Assembly: GCA_964572495.1 (NCBI GenBank)
Contig: CAZNFF010000001.1
Coordinates: forward strand, 1-35,614
Source: an uncultured Candidatus Saccharibacteria bacterium
Lineage (GTDB): Bacteria; Patescibacteriota; Minisyncoccia; UBA6257; JAGGUH01
Direction of reading: 5' to 3'
Length of the DNA stretch: 35,614 nt
Shown here: one piece after another, positions 6,209 through 14,802 of the stretch
Layout: each line of letters begins with the position of its first letter
How positions within the stretch are numbered: the stretch's first letter is position 1
The notes under the pieces: generated by a model
Databases searched by the model: none
Told to the model about the DNA's origin: nothing
Seen by the model: only the letters and a program-made list of their open reading frames with translations
Translations under genes and position numbers: made by a program

Positions 6209-8092
6209 ATGAATTTACTTTTAATTCATTCCAATAAGCTTTCTTACAAAGTTTTAGAAAAAGCTTTTAAAGAGCTTAAATTTCCAAAACAAAAACAAAA
6301 AGAAATTAAAAAAAGCTGCCTAGTTGTCTTTTTTGCTGCAGTTGAAAAAGATTCTTTAAAGGTTGCCCAGAAAGCGGCAAGTGAAATTAAAAAAGTAGCT
6401 CAAAATTTAAAAGAGAAAAGGATTGTTCTTTATCCTTATGTTCACCTTCTTTTTGGAAAAAAACCGGCTTCTTTAGAAAAAGCTCAAAAGCTTCAGAAAG
6501 CTTTAAAAAATTTACTTCAAAAAGATTTTGAGGTAATCTGCGTCCCTCTTGGTTTTTATAAAAGCTTTGAAATCGAATGCAAAGGTCATCCTTTATCAGA
6601 GCTTTCTCGAGTAATTGAAGTTGAGGAAGAAGAAAAAGTTTCTTTAGCTTTAAAAAAAGAAAAAACTTTAAAATCAAACTGGTTTATTTTTGATCCTTCA
6701 AAAAGAAAAGAGTATCCGATCAAGCTTAAAGGAGAAGAAATTGTTGGTTTTGATTTTTCAGGAAAAGAAAATTTAGAGAAACTAGCCCGCTATGAAATGA
6801 AAAAGAAAAGAATTGTTGAAATTGAGCCGCCTCATATTAGTTTGATGAAAAGACTGGAAATTGCTGACTATGAAAAAGGCTCTGATCCAGGAAATTTAAA
6901 ATTTTTTCCTAAAGGAAGGTTAATTAAAGCTTTAATTGAGGACTGGGTGACTCAAAACATGGTTCAGGCTGGTGCCATGGAAGTTGAAACTCCGATAATG
7001 TATGACATTAATCATCCAGCTTTAAAAAAATATCTGGATCGCTTTCCAGCGCGCCAGTATCTCATCGAAACTCCTAACAAAACTGTTTTTCTAAGATTTG
7101 CGGCTTGCTTTGGTCAATTTTTAATGGCTTCTTCGCTTCCTTTAACTTATAAAAATCTTCCTTTTTCTTTATATGAACTAACTCGCTATAGCTTTCGAGT
7201 AGAGCAGCATGGTGAGCTGGCTGGCTTAAGGAGATTAAGAGCTTTTTCAATGCCGGATTGTCATGCTTTCTGTAAAGATCTAGAAGAAGCCAAAAAAGAG
7301 ATTTTTAAAAGATTTGAAGTTACCAAAAAAGTTCAAACCGGTCTTGGTTTAGATCTTAAATCTGACTTTGAAATTGCTTTGCGCCTGGTAAAAGATTTTT
7401 ATCAAGAAAATAAAAAATTTGTCTGGGAGTTTATTGAAAAAATAAATAAACCAATTTTGGTTGAAATTTGGGAGAAAAGGTTTTTCTATTTTGTTTTCAA
7501 ATATGAATGGAACTTTATTGATGCTTTAGAAAAAGCCGCGGCACTTTCAACTGATCAAATTGATGTTGAAAATGCCAAAAATTTTGAAATCACTTATATT
7601 GATAAAGATCAAAAAAGAAAATATCCCATTATTCTCCATCTCTCTCCTTCCGGAGCAATTGAAAGAGTGATGTATGCGCTTTTAGAAAAGGCTTACTTAA
7701 AACAAAAACAAGGAAAACCAGCCGGTTTTCCTTTATGGCTTGCTCCAGTTCAAGTTCGACTTTGCCCAGTTTCCCAAAAATACCTTTCTTTCTCTAAAAA
7801 GATTTTAAAAATTTTAGAAAAAGAAAAAATTAGAGTTGAGGTTGATGATCGGGATTTTACTTTAGCAAAAAAGATTAGAGAAAGCGAGCTGGATTGGATT
7901 CCTTATACCTTAACTTTAGGAGAAAAAGAGAAAAAAGAAAATGTTTTTGCAGTAAGAATCCGAGAGAAAAGAAAAGTAGAAAAAATGAAACTTGAAAAAT
8001 TGATTGAGAAAATAAAAAAAGAAACCAAGGATTTTCCTTGGCGGGCTTTGGGAGGCTCACCTTTCCTTTCTACTAAAGTAAGATTTAGATAA
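6209..8092 (+). CDS. thrS: Threonyl-tRNA synthetase, archaeal type (DTD-like N-terminal editing domain)
   Basis: The N-terminus [15 protein letters not shown]...[20 protein letters not shown] closely matches my recollection of the Pyrococcus ThrRS editing domain (MRVLLIHADYFEYEV...[20 protein letters not shown]). Class II core [27 protein letters not shown]. The anticodon-binding region [16 protein letters not shown]...[16 protein letters not shown] is typical of ThrRS. Confidence 0.9.
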   Translation: [627 protein letters not shown]

Positions 8093-8300
8093 GACCCAAT
8101 TTTTTCTTTCTTTCGTACTCTTCTTGTTTTTTAAGTCGATAAAGTTTTGAAAGTTTTCGAGCTCTTTTATTTGGTTTTTTCTGATAAAAAAGTCTTTTTT
8201 TTGCTTCAAGCAAAATTCCCGCCTTAATTACTCGGGCGCTAAATCTTTTTACTAAATCTAAACTTGATTCATTTGGTCTTTTCCAGACTTCAACCGACAT
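8085..8300 (-). CDS. rpsU: 30S ribosomal protein S21
   Basis: 71-aa basic protein. VEVWKRPNESSLDLVKRFSARVIKAGILLEAKKRLFYQKKPNKRAR follows the S21 pattern (RFKR..EKAG.L.E.RRR.FYEKP..RK). Confidence 0.85.
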   Translation of the reverse strand: MSVEVWKRPNESSLDLVKRFSARVIKAGILLEAKKRLFYQKKPNKRARKLSKLYRLKKQEEYERKKKLGLI

Positions 8301-8304
8301 AGTT

Positions 8305-8706
8305 TTAAGAAATTAATTTTTGATAAGTTTCTTCAAGATTTTCGTCACCGACATTTACAATCGTTTGCATTGATCCTCCGCCATCATTGGGATAGCGGGG
8401 AATGATATGGATATGAAGGTGGGGGATAACCTGACCGGCATCTTTTCCATGATTCCAGCCGATATTAAAACTTGAAGCCCCTAATTTCTCTTCCAAAAGT
8501 TTAGTCATTTTTTTAACAATTTCAAATAAAGCCGCAAGTTTTTCTTCTGGCACTTCATTTAAATTTTCATAATGCTCTTTTGGAATTACCAAAAGATGTC
8601 CTTTCTGGCAAGGATTGATGTCTAAAAATGCCATTCCCACTTCATCTTCATAAACAATTTTGGCTTCAATTTCCTTTTTGGCGATTTTACAGAAAAGGCA
8701 ATCCAT
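8305..8706 (-). CDS. HIT-family (histidine triad) nucleotide hydrolase
   Basis: CLFCKI N-terminus, GHLLVIPKEH, and the histidine triad HLHIHIIPR. Confidence 0.9.
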   Translation of the reverse strand: MDCLFCKIAKKEIEAKIVYEDEVGMAFLDINPCQKGHLLVIPKEHYENLNEVPEEKLAALFEIVKKMTKLLEEKLGASSFNIGWNHGKDAGQVIPHLHIHIIPRYPNDGGGSMQTIVNVGDENLEETYQKLIS

Positions 8707-8712
8707 AAAAGT

Positions 8713-9984
8713 TTATTTTATTCTTTTTTTTAGCTCTTCAATTAATTTTCTTTGAGGGATTTCCTCTTGAATGCCACTTTCAAGATCCTTAATTAAAATT
8801 GTTTTCTCAGCTACCTCCCTCTGTCCTAAAATCAAAGCAATTTTTGCTTTCGCTTTTGAAGCCGCTTTAAGTTGAGCTGAAATACTTCCTTTTTCAATTG
8901 CTTCTTGAGCCCGAAAACCAGCTTTTTTTAACTCTTCCCAAACCAGTAAAATTTCTCTTTTTGCCTCTTCTCCTAAAGCAATCAAAAAGATCTCTCTTGG
9001 CTTTTTTTCAACTTTAACTCCTTCAAGTTCCATTGCTTCAATAATTCTTTCAATTCCAGCTCCAAAACCAACTGCCGGGGTTTGACTTCCTCCTAAAGCC
9101 TTAATTAATTCATTATAACGACCACCGCCACCTAAAGCAAGATTAGCCATCTCTTCCTCTTCTTTTAAAAAGAACTCAAAAACAGTATTAGTATAATAAT
9201 CCAGACCTCGAACTAAAGTATGATCAAGGGAAAAAGGCAAGGAAAGATGGTCTAAAAATTCCAGCACCGCTTTGAAATGTTCTTTACAATCTTTACAAAG
9301 AAAATCCAAAATAATTGGCGCTCCTTTTTTATAAATTTGACATTTTTCTTCTTTACAATCAAGCATTCGCAAAGGATTAACTTCAAATCTTCTTCGACAA
9401 TCTTCACAAAGCTCATTTAAATAAGCCCGATAATATTTTTTTAAAGCTTGAAGATATTTTTTTCGGCATTTTGAGCAGCCAATGCTGTTGATTTTAATGA
9501 TAAAATCTTTTAGCTTTAAAGATTTTAAAATATCAGAGAAAGCTAAAATCACCAATGCATCATAAAAAGGGTCTTTGGCACCTAAAACTTCAAAACCAAA
9601 TTGGTGAAATTCTCTTTCCCGGGCTTTTTGAGGTCTTTCATATCTAAAAAAAGGTCCAAAATAATAAAGCTTTACTGGTTGAGGTAAAGAGCTCATTCCA
9701 TTTTCAATATACGCCCGGCAGATCGGAGCTGTTCCTTCTGGTCTTAAAACCACCCTTTCCTTCCCTTTAGTAGTAAAAGAATACATTTGCTTAAAAGTCT
9801 CAGTTTCTTTGCCAACACTTCTTAAAAAAAGTTCTTCTTTTTCAAGAATTGGGGTTTCAATAAAATGAAAATCATAAGCTTGAGCTACTTTTTCAACGCT
9901 ACTTAAAATCTTTTTCCAAACCTCTTCCTTTTCTGGTAAGATATCTTTCATCCCCTTTGGGGATGAAAAAAGGATTTTTGCCAT
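8713..9984 (-). CDS. hisS: Histidyl-tRNA synthetase
   Basis: GMKDILPEKEE, LRPEGTAPICRAY, motif 2 FRYERPQKAREREFHQFGFE, GGGRYNELI, motif 3 GFGAGIERI. It also carries a Cys-rich insertion (CSKCRKKY...CEDCRRRF...CKEEKC...CKDCKEHF). Confidence 0.95.
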   Translation of the reverse strand: MAKILFSSPKGMKDILPEKEEVWKKILSSVEKVAQAYDFHFIETPILEKEELFLRSVGKETETFKQMYSFTTKGKERVVLRPEGTAPICRAYIENGMSSLPQPVKLYYFGPFFRYERPQKAREREFHQFGFEVLGAKDPFYDALVILAFSDILKSLKLKDFIIKINSIGCSKCRKKYLQALKKYYRAYLNELCEDCRRRFEVNPLRMLDCKEEKCQIYKKGAPIILDFLCKDCKEHFKAVLEFLDHLSLPFSLDHTLVRGLDYYTNTVFEFFLKEEEEMANLALGGGGRYNELIKALGGSQTPAVGFGAGIERIIEAMELEGVKVEKKPREIFLIALGEEAKREILLVWEELKKAGFRAQEAIEKGSISAQLKAASKAKAKIALILGQREVAEKTILIKDLESGIQEEIPQRKLIEELKKRIK

Positions 9985-10003
9985 TATTTAAGAAATTTTT
10001 AGT

Positions 10004-10543
10004 TTAGTAAGTAAAAAAAGCAAAAGCTTGAGGTGGCCAAGCTCTTAGGCGGACCACCCCAACAATATCTGATTTTTTTAATGGTCCCCAGGCTCGAGAA
10101 TCATAGCTTGCTTTTCGGTTATCTCCTAAAACAAAGTATTCATTTTCCTTTAAAGTAAGATCAATATTTCCGGGGGTAAAGCTTTCTTGAAGATAAGGTT
10201 CTTTTAATTCAAATCCGGTAGGATGCTCTTTGTTATAAATGTAAATTTTTCCATCTTTGATGACGATTCTTTCTTTAGGAAGAGCGACAATTCTTTTGAT
10301 GAAAAAAATTGAAGGATTTTTTGGATTTTTAAAAACGATTACTTCTCCTCTTTTAAGGTCTTTTAAACGCGGTGTAATTTCATCGACAATCAAATAATCT
10401 CCTGAAGAAAAATTGGGAAGCATGCTTTCTCCTTTAACAAAAAAAGGCTGGAAAAGAAAAGTTCTAACAAAAAGAACAATTGCAAGAGAAATTACTACCG
10501 TTTCAACAACTTCTTTTAAAAAATAAAGAGCTCTTTTTTTCAT
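10004..10543 (-). CDS. lepB: Signal peptidase I
   Basis: N-terminal TM anchor, catalytic Ser box GESMLPNF, Lys box FIKRIVALPKE, GDNRKASYDSR. Confidence 0.9.
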   Translation of the reverse strand: MKKRALYFLKEVVETVVISLAIVLFVRTFLFQPFFVKGESMLPNFSSGDYLIVDEITPRLKDLKRGEVIVFKNPKNPSIFFIKRIVALPKERIVIKDGKIYIYNKEHPTGFELKEPYLQESFTPGNIDLTLKENEYFVLGDNRKASYDSRAWGPLKKSDIVGVVRLRAWPPQAFAFFTY

Positions 10544-10628
10544 TGTGCTTTAAAAACTATATCTAATTTGAGCTTATTTGTCAAATTTTGATTTTTTTAA
10601 AATTTTTGCTTAAATTTTAAAAAATTTT

Positions 10629-12371
10629 ATGAAAGAGGATCTTCGCCAAAAATTTTTAAAGTTTTTTGAAAAAAGAGGGCATAAAATTATGCCTTCTTCC
10701 TCTCTTATTTCTTCTGATCCTTCAGTGCTTCTTACCACCGCTGGCATGGAACAATTTAAAAGCTATTTTACTTTGGAAAAAGATCCTTTAAAAGAACTTG
10801 GCACCCAAAGAGTGGCTACTTGCCAGAAATGTTTTCGAACTTCTGACATTGATGAGGTCGGCGATGAAAGTCATCTTACTTTTTTTGAAATGCTTGGAAA
10901 TTTTTCTTTTGGAAAAGAAATTTGCGATGACCCTCAAGACTTCTCTTCTAAAGGTTATTTCAAAAGAGCTGCCATTCACTGGGCATTTGAATTTTTAAAC
11001 CAAATTTTAGATTTAAAATCTTTAAGATTTTTTGTGACCGTTTTTAAAGGTGAAGATAACATTCCTTTTGATAAAGAAAGCTTTGAAATTTGGGAAAAAG
11101 AAATCGGAATTGAAAAAGAAAAAATTCTTTTAAAAGGAAAAGAAGATAATTTCTGGGGACCGGTTGGACTTGAAGGACCTTGCGGTCCAACCACCGAAAT
11201 TCATCTTGAAAGAATTGAAGTTTGGAATTTAGTTTTCAATCAATATTATCAAGATGAGCATGGAAATTTAACTCTTCTAAAAGCTTTTGGGGTTGATACC
11301 GGAATGGGACTGGAAAGATTGGCAATGATCTATGAAGGAAAGAAAAATGTTTTTGAAACCTCTCTTTTTCTTCCTTTAATGGAAGAGATAGAGAAATATG
11401 CTTCCGAGCTTGATTTAAGAAAAAAAAGAATTTTTGCCGACCATCTTCGCGCCGTTGCCTTTCTTGAAAGTGAAGGATTAGTGCCTTCAAATAAAGCCGC
11501 CGGCTATATTTTGCGCCGCTTAATTCGAAAAGTAGTAACTTTTGCTTTTCTTAAAAAGCTTCCTTGCCAGTTTTTTGAAAAAGTTCTTTTAAAAGTAGTA
11601 GAAAATTATCAAGATTTTTATCCTGAGCTTTTAAAAAATAAAGAAAAAATTTTAGAAACCTTTTTTGAAGAAAAAAAGAAGTTTGAAAAAACCTTAAGCT
11701 CTTCTTTGAAAAAGATTGAAAAATTTAAAGAAATTGGCGCTAAAGAAGCCTTCTTTCTTTTTGAAACCTATGGCATTCCCCAAGAAATTTTAAGAGAAAT
11801 TGCACCTCAAAAAATTAAATTTACTCCAGAAGAATTTGAAAAAGAAATGGAAAAACATCGAGAAATTTCTCGAAAAGGTGCCATTTTAAAGTTTGGTGGT
11901 CATGGAATTTCAGATAAATTTTCCAAAGAAGAAATTGAAAGAATTACCAAGCTTCATACTGCGACTCATCTTCTTCAAGCTGCTCTGCGGCAGGTTCTAG
12001 GAGATGAAGTTCGCCAAATGGGCTCTGATATTACTCCAGAAAGATTAAGATTTGATTTTACTTTTCCTCGAAAATTAACTGATGAAGAGCTTAAAAAAGT
12101 TGAGGATTTAGTTAACCAGAAAATAAAAGAAGGACTTGAGGTTGTAAAGAAAGAAATGCCTTTAAAAGAAGCTTTAAAACAAGGTGCTTTAGCTTTCTTT
12201 AAAGAAAAATATCCCGAAAAAGTTTCCGTTTACTTTATTGGTGATTTTTCTAAAGAAATTTGCGCCGGACCTCATGTTAAAAACACTTCCGAGCTAAAAG
12301 AGTTTAAGATTTTAAAAGAAGAAGGAGTTTCAGCTGGGGTTCGGCGAATTAAAGCCACCTTAAAATTTTAA
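10629..12371 (+). CDS. alaS: Alanyl-tRNA synthetase, short form (catalytic plus editing domains, no C-Ala domain)
   Basis: FLKFFEKRGHKIMPSSSLI, TTAGMEQFK, FEMLGNFSFG, VDTGMGLERL. Editing-site HTATHLLQ (HxxxH) and CAGPHV (CxxxH) are about 103 aa apart, matching the spacing I recall for E. coli AlaRS. The ORF ends about 34 aa after CxxxH, at 580 aa. Confidence 0.9.
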   Translation: MKEDLRQKFLKFFEKRGHKIMPSSSLISSDPSVLLTTAGMEQFKSYFTLEKDPLKELGTQRVATCQKCFRTSDIDEVGDESHLTFFEMLGNFSFGKEICDDPQDFSSKGYFKRAAIHWAFEFLNQILDLKSLRFFVTVFKGEDNIPFDKESFEIWEKEIGIEKEKILLKGKEDNFWGPVGLEGPCGPTTEIHLERIEVWNLVFNQYYQDEHGNLTLLKAFGVDTGMGLERLAMIYEGKKNVFETSLFLPLMEEIEKYASELDLRKKRIFADHLRAVAFLESEGLVPSNKAAGYILRRLIRKVVTFAFLKKLPCQFFEKVLLKVVENYQDFYPELLKNKEKILETFFEEKKKFEKTLSSSLKKIEKFKEIGAKEAFFLFETYGIPQEILREIAPQKIKFTPEEFEKEMEKHREISRKGAILKFGGHGISDKFSKEEIERITKLHTATHLLQAALRQVLGDEVRQMGSDITPERLRFDFTFPRKLTDEELKKVEDLVNQKIKEGLEVVKKEMPLKEALKQGALAFFKEKYPEKVSVYFIGDFSKEICAGPHVKNTSELKEFKILKEEGVSAGVRRIKATLKF

Positions 12372-12411
12372 AAATTTGATTTTTTGAAGAAAATTGATAT
12401 ACTAACCAAAA

Positions 12412-12678
12412 ATGCTTACTTCAAAGCAAAAACAGGAAATTATCAAAAAATTTCAAATTCATAAAGATGACTCTGGCTCACCAGAGGTTCAAATTGCGCT
12501 TTTAACTTATCAGATAAAAAACCTAGTGAAACATCTTAAAAAGCATCCTAAAGATATTCATTCCCGAAGAGGTCTTTTGGGAATGGTTAATCAAAGAAGA
12601 AGACTTCTTAATTATCTTAAAGAAAATGAGCCCGAGCGCTATCAGGCTCTCATTAAAAAACTTGGTCTTAAAAAATAA
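12412..12678 (+). CDS. rpsO: 30S ribosomal protein S15
   Basis: [48 protein letters not shown]. It lies directly upstream of pnp, the conserved arrangement. Confidence 0.95.
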   Translation: MLTSKQKQEIIKKFQIHKDDSGSPEVQIALLTYQIKNLVKHLKKHPKDIHSRRGLLGMVNQRRRLLNYLKENEPERYQALIKKLGLKK

Positions 12679-12681
12679 TTT

Positions 12682-14763
12682 ATGAGGTTTGAATTAGATT
12701 TTCTAGGAAAAAAATTGGAAGTTGAAGTTAATAACTGGATGGAGCGGGCTGATGGTTCGGTGATGGTAAGATATGGTGATACCGTGATTTTAGGAACAAT
12801 TGTGGTTGGAAAAGAAGACCTTCTCCATTTAGACTATCTTCCTTTAATGGTCGAATATGAAGAAAGATTTTATGCTATTGGAAGAATTGGAGGGAGTCGA
12901 TTTATTCGAAGAGAAACTCGTCCTTCTTCAGAAGCAATTTTAACTGCAAGGTTAATTGATCGCAGTTTAAGACCTCTTTTTCCTAAAAATTTAAGAAGAG
13001 AAATTCAAATTGTTTTAATGGTGGTTTCTTTAGGAGAGATTGATCCTGATTTCTGTGGACTTTTAGCAGGTTCTATTTTGACAAGTTTAGCCAAAATTCC
13101 CTGGAAAGGACCAATCTCAGGCATCCGAATTGCCAAAATTGGAGAAAATTTAAAATTTTTACCTACTTTTGAAGAAAGAAAAGAAGCTAAAATTGATGCT
13201 TTTATTTCAGCAAAAGAAGGAAAGATTGATATGATTGAAATTAAAGCCAAAGAAGCCAGCGAAGAAGAAATTTTTGAGATTTTTGAAAAGGCTCTTCTTG
13301 AAATTGAAAAACTCAACGAATTTCAGAAAAAAATTTTAAAAGCCTTTGAAGTTAAAGAAGAGGAAAAATTTCTTCTCTCTCCTTCTCCTGAAATTGAAAA
13401 AGAAACCTCTCTTTTTTTAAATGAAGAAAAATTAGAAAAAACTCTTTTCTCCAAAGATCCCGAAGCTTTTTCTTCTTTAAAAGAAAGTTTTTTTGATTTT
13501 CTTTCTCAAAAAGAATTTTCCGAAAAAGATTTAAGCCTAGCTTCATTCATTTTTGAAGAAAAAGTAAGAGATTTTTTAACTCAAAAAATTTTAAAAGAAA
13601 AAATTAGACCTGATTTAAGAAAACCTGATGAAATTCGACCTTTAGAGATGAAAGTTTCCTTGCTTCCAAGAGTTCATGGCTCAGCTCTTTTCTGTCGCGG
13701 CTTAACTCACACTCTTTCCACCGTCACTTTAGCTTCTCCTTCAAGTTCTCTTTTAGTTGAAACCATTGAGCTTATTGGAGAGAAAAGATTTATTCATCAT
13801 TATAATTTTCTTCCTTTCTCTTCTGGAGAAATTGGTTCTTTAAGAAAACCTCCAAGTCGCCGGGAAATTGGGCATGGAAGCTTAGTTGAAAAAGCTTTGG
13901 AAGCCGTTCTTCCTTCAGAAAAAGATTTTCCTTATACCATTAGAGCCGTCTCTGAAGTTCTTTCTTCAAATGGTTCCACTTCAATGTCTTCTTGTTCTAG
14001 CACCACCTTAGCTTTAGCCGATGCTGGGGTGCCAATTAAAGATTATGTCACCGGAGTAGCGCTGGGATTAGTTTTAAAAGATGAAAATTCTTATCAAATT
14101 TTAACTGACATTCAAGGACCAGAAGATCATTATGGTTTAATGGATCTTAAAATCGCTGGTACCAAAAATGGTATCACTGCGGTTCAGATGGATCTTAAAA
14201 CTGAAGGATTAAATTTAAAAATTTTAAAAGAAGCTTTTTTCCAAGCCAAACAAGCTCGAGAGAAGATTCTTGAAAAGATGAGAGAAGTTTTGCCTCAGCC
14301 TCGAAAAGAAATTTCTCCTTTGGCTCCAAAGATTCTTTCTTTGATTATTCCTCAAAACAAAATTGGGCTTTTAATTGGACCGGGTGGTCGCACCATTCAG
14401 GAATTAATTAAAAAATATGAACTTGAAGCCATTGATATCCAAGAAGATGGCACCGTTTATGTCACTGGCTATCAACCTGAACTTGTTAAAAAAGCAACCG
14501 AAATTATCTCTCAGCTGGCTCGAGAATATCATCCTGGAGAGGTGGTTTTAGGAAAAGTGGTTCGAATTTTAGAATATGGAGCATTAGTTGAACTTGATCA
14601 ATTTCATTTAGGGCTTTTACATATCTCAGAAATTTCTCATCGAAAAATTAGAAAAGTTTCTGATGTTTTAAAGGAAGGTCAAAGAGTAAAAGTAAAAATT
14701 ATCAGAGTTGAACCTGATGGTCGACTTTTCCTTTCAATGAAGGCTTTAAAAAGGTTCCACTAA
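12682..14763 (+). CDS. pnp: Polynucleotide phosphorylase / polyribonucleotide nucleotidyltransferase
   Basis: Two RNase PH-like cores (RPDLRKPDEIRPL, GSALFCRG, REIGHGSLVEKAL, SSNGSTSMSSCSSTTLALADAGVP), a KH domain (GLLIGPGGRTIQELI) and an S1 domain (GEVVLGKVVRILEYGALVEL). Confidence 0.95.
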   Translation: MRFELDFLGKKLEVEVNNWMERADGSVMVRYGDTVILGTIVVGKEDLLHLDYLPLMVEYEERFYAIGRIGGSRFIRRETRPSSEAILTARLIDRSLRPLFPKNLRREIQIVLMVVSLGEIDPDFCGLLAGSILTSLAKIPWKGPISGIRIAKIGENLKFLPTFEERKEAKIDAFISAKEGKIDMIEIKAKEASEEEIFEIFEKALLEIEKLNEFQKKILKAFEVKEEEKFLLSPSPEIEKETSLFLNEEKLEKTLFSKDPEAFSSLKESFFDFLSQKEFSEKDLSLASFIFEEKVRDFLTQKILKEKIRPDLRKPDEIRPLEMKVSLLPRVHGSALFCRGLTHTLSTVTLASPSSSLLVETIELIGEKRFIHHYNFLPFSSGEIGSLRKPPSRREIGHGSLVEKALEAVLPSEKDFPYTIRAVSEVLSSNGSTSMSSCSSTTLALADAGVPIKDYVTGVALGLVLKDENSYQILTDIQGPEDHYGLMDLKIAGTKNGITAVQMDLKTEGLNLKILKEAFFQAKQAREKILEKMREVLPQPRKEISPLAPKILSLIIPQNKIGLLIGPGGRTIQELIKKYELEAIDIQEDGTVYVTGYQPELVKKATEIISQLAREYHPGEVVLGKVVRILEYGALVELDQFHLGLLHISEISHRKIRKVSDVLKEGQRVKVKIIRVEPDGRLFLSMKALKRFH

Positions 14764-14802
14764 AAAGTTGCAATTTTTATTTTTTTATGATAAAATTTTT
14801 CC

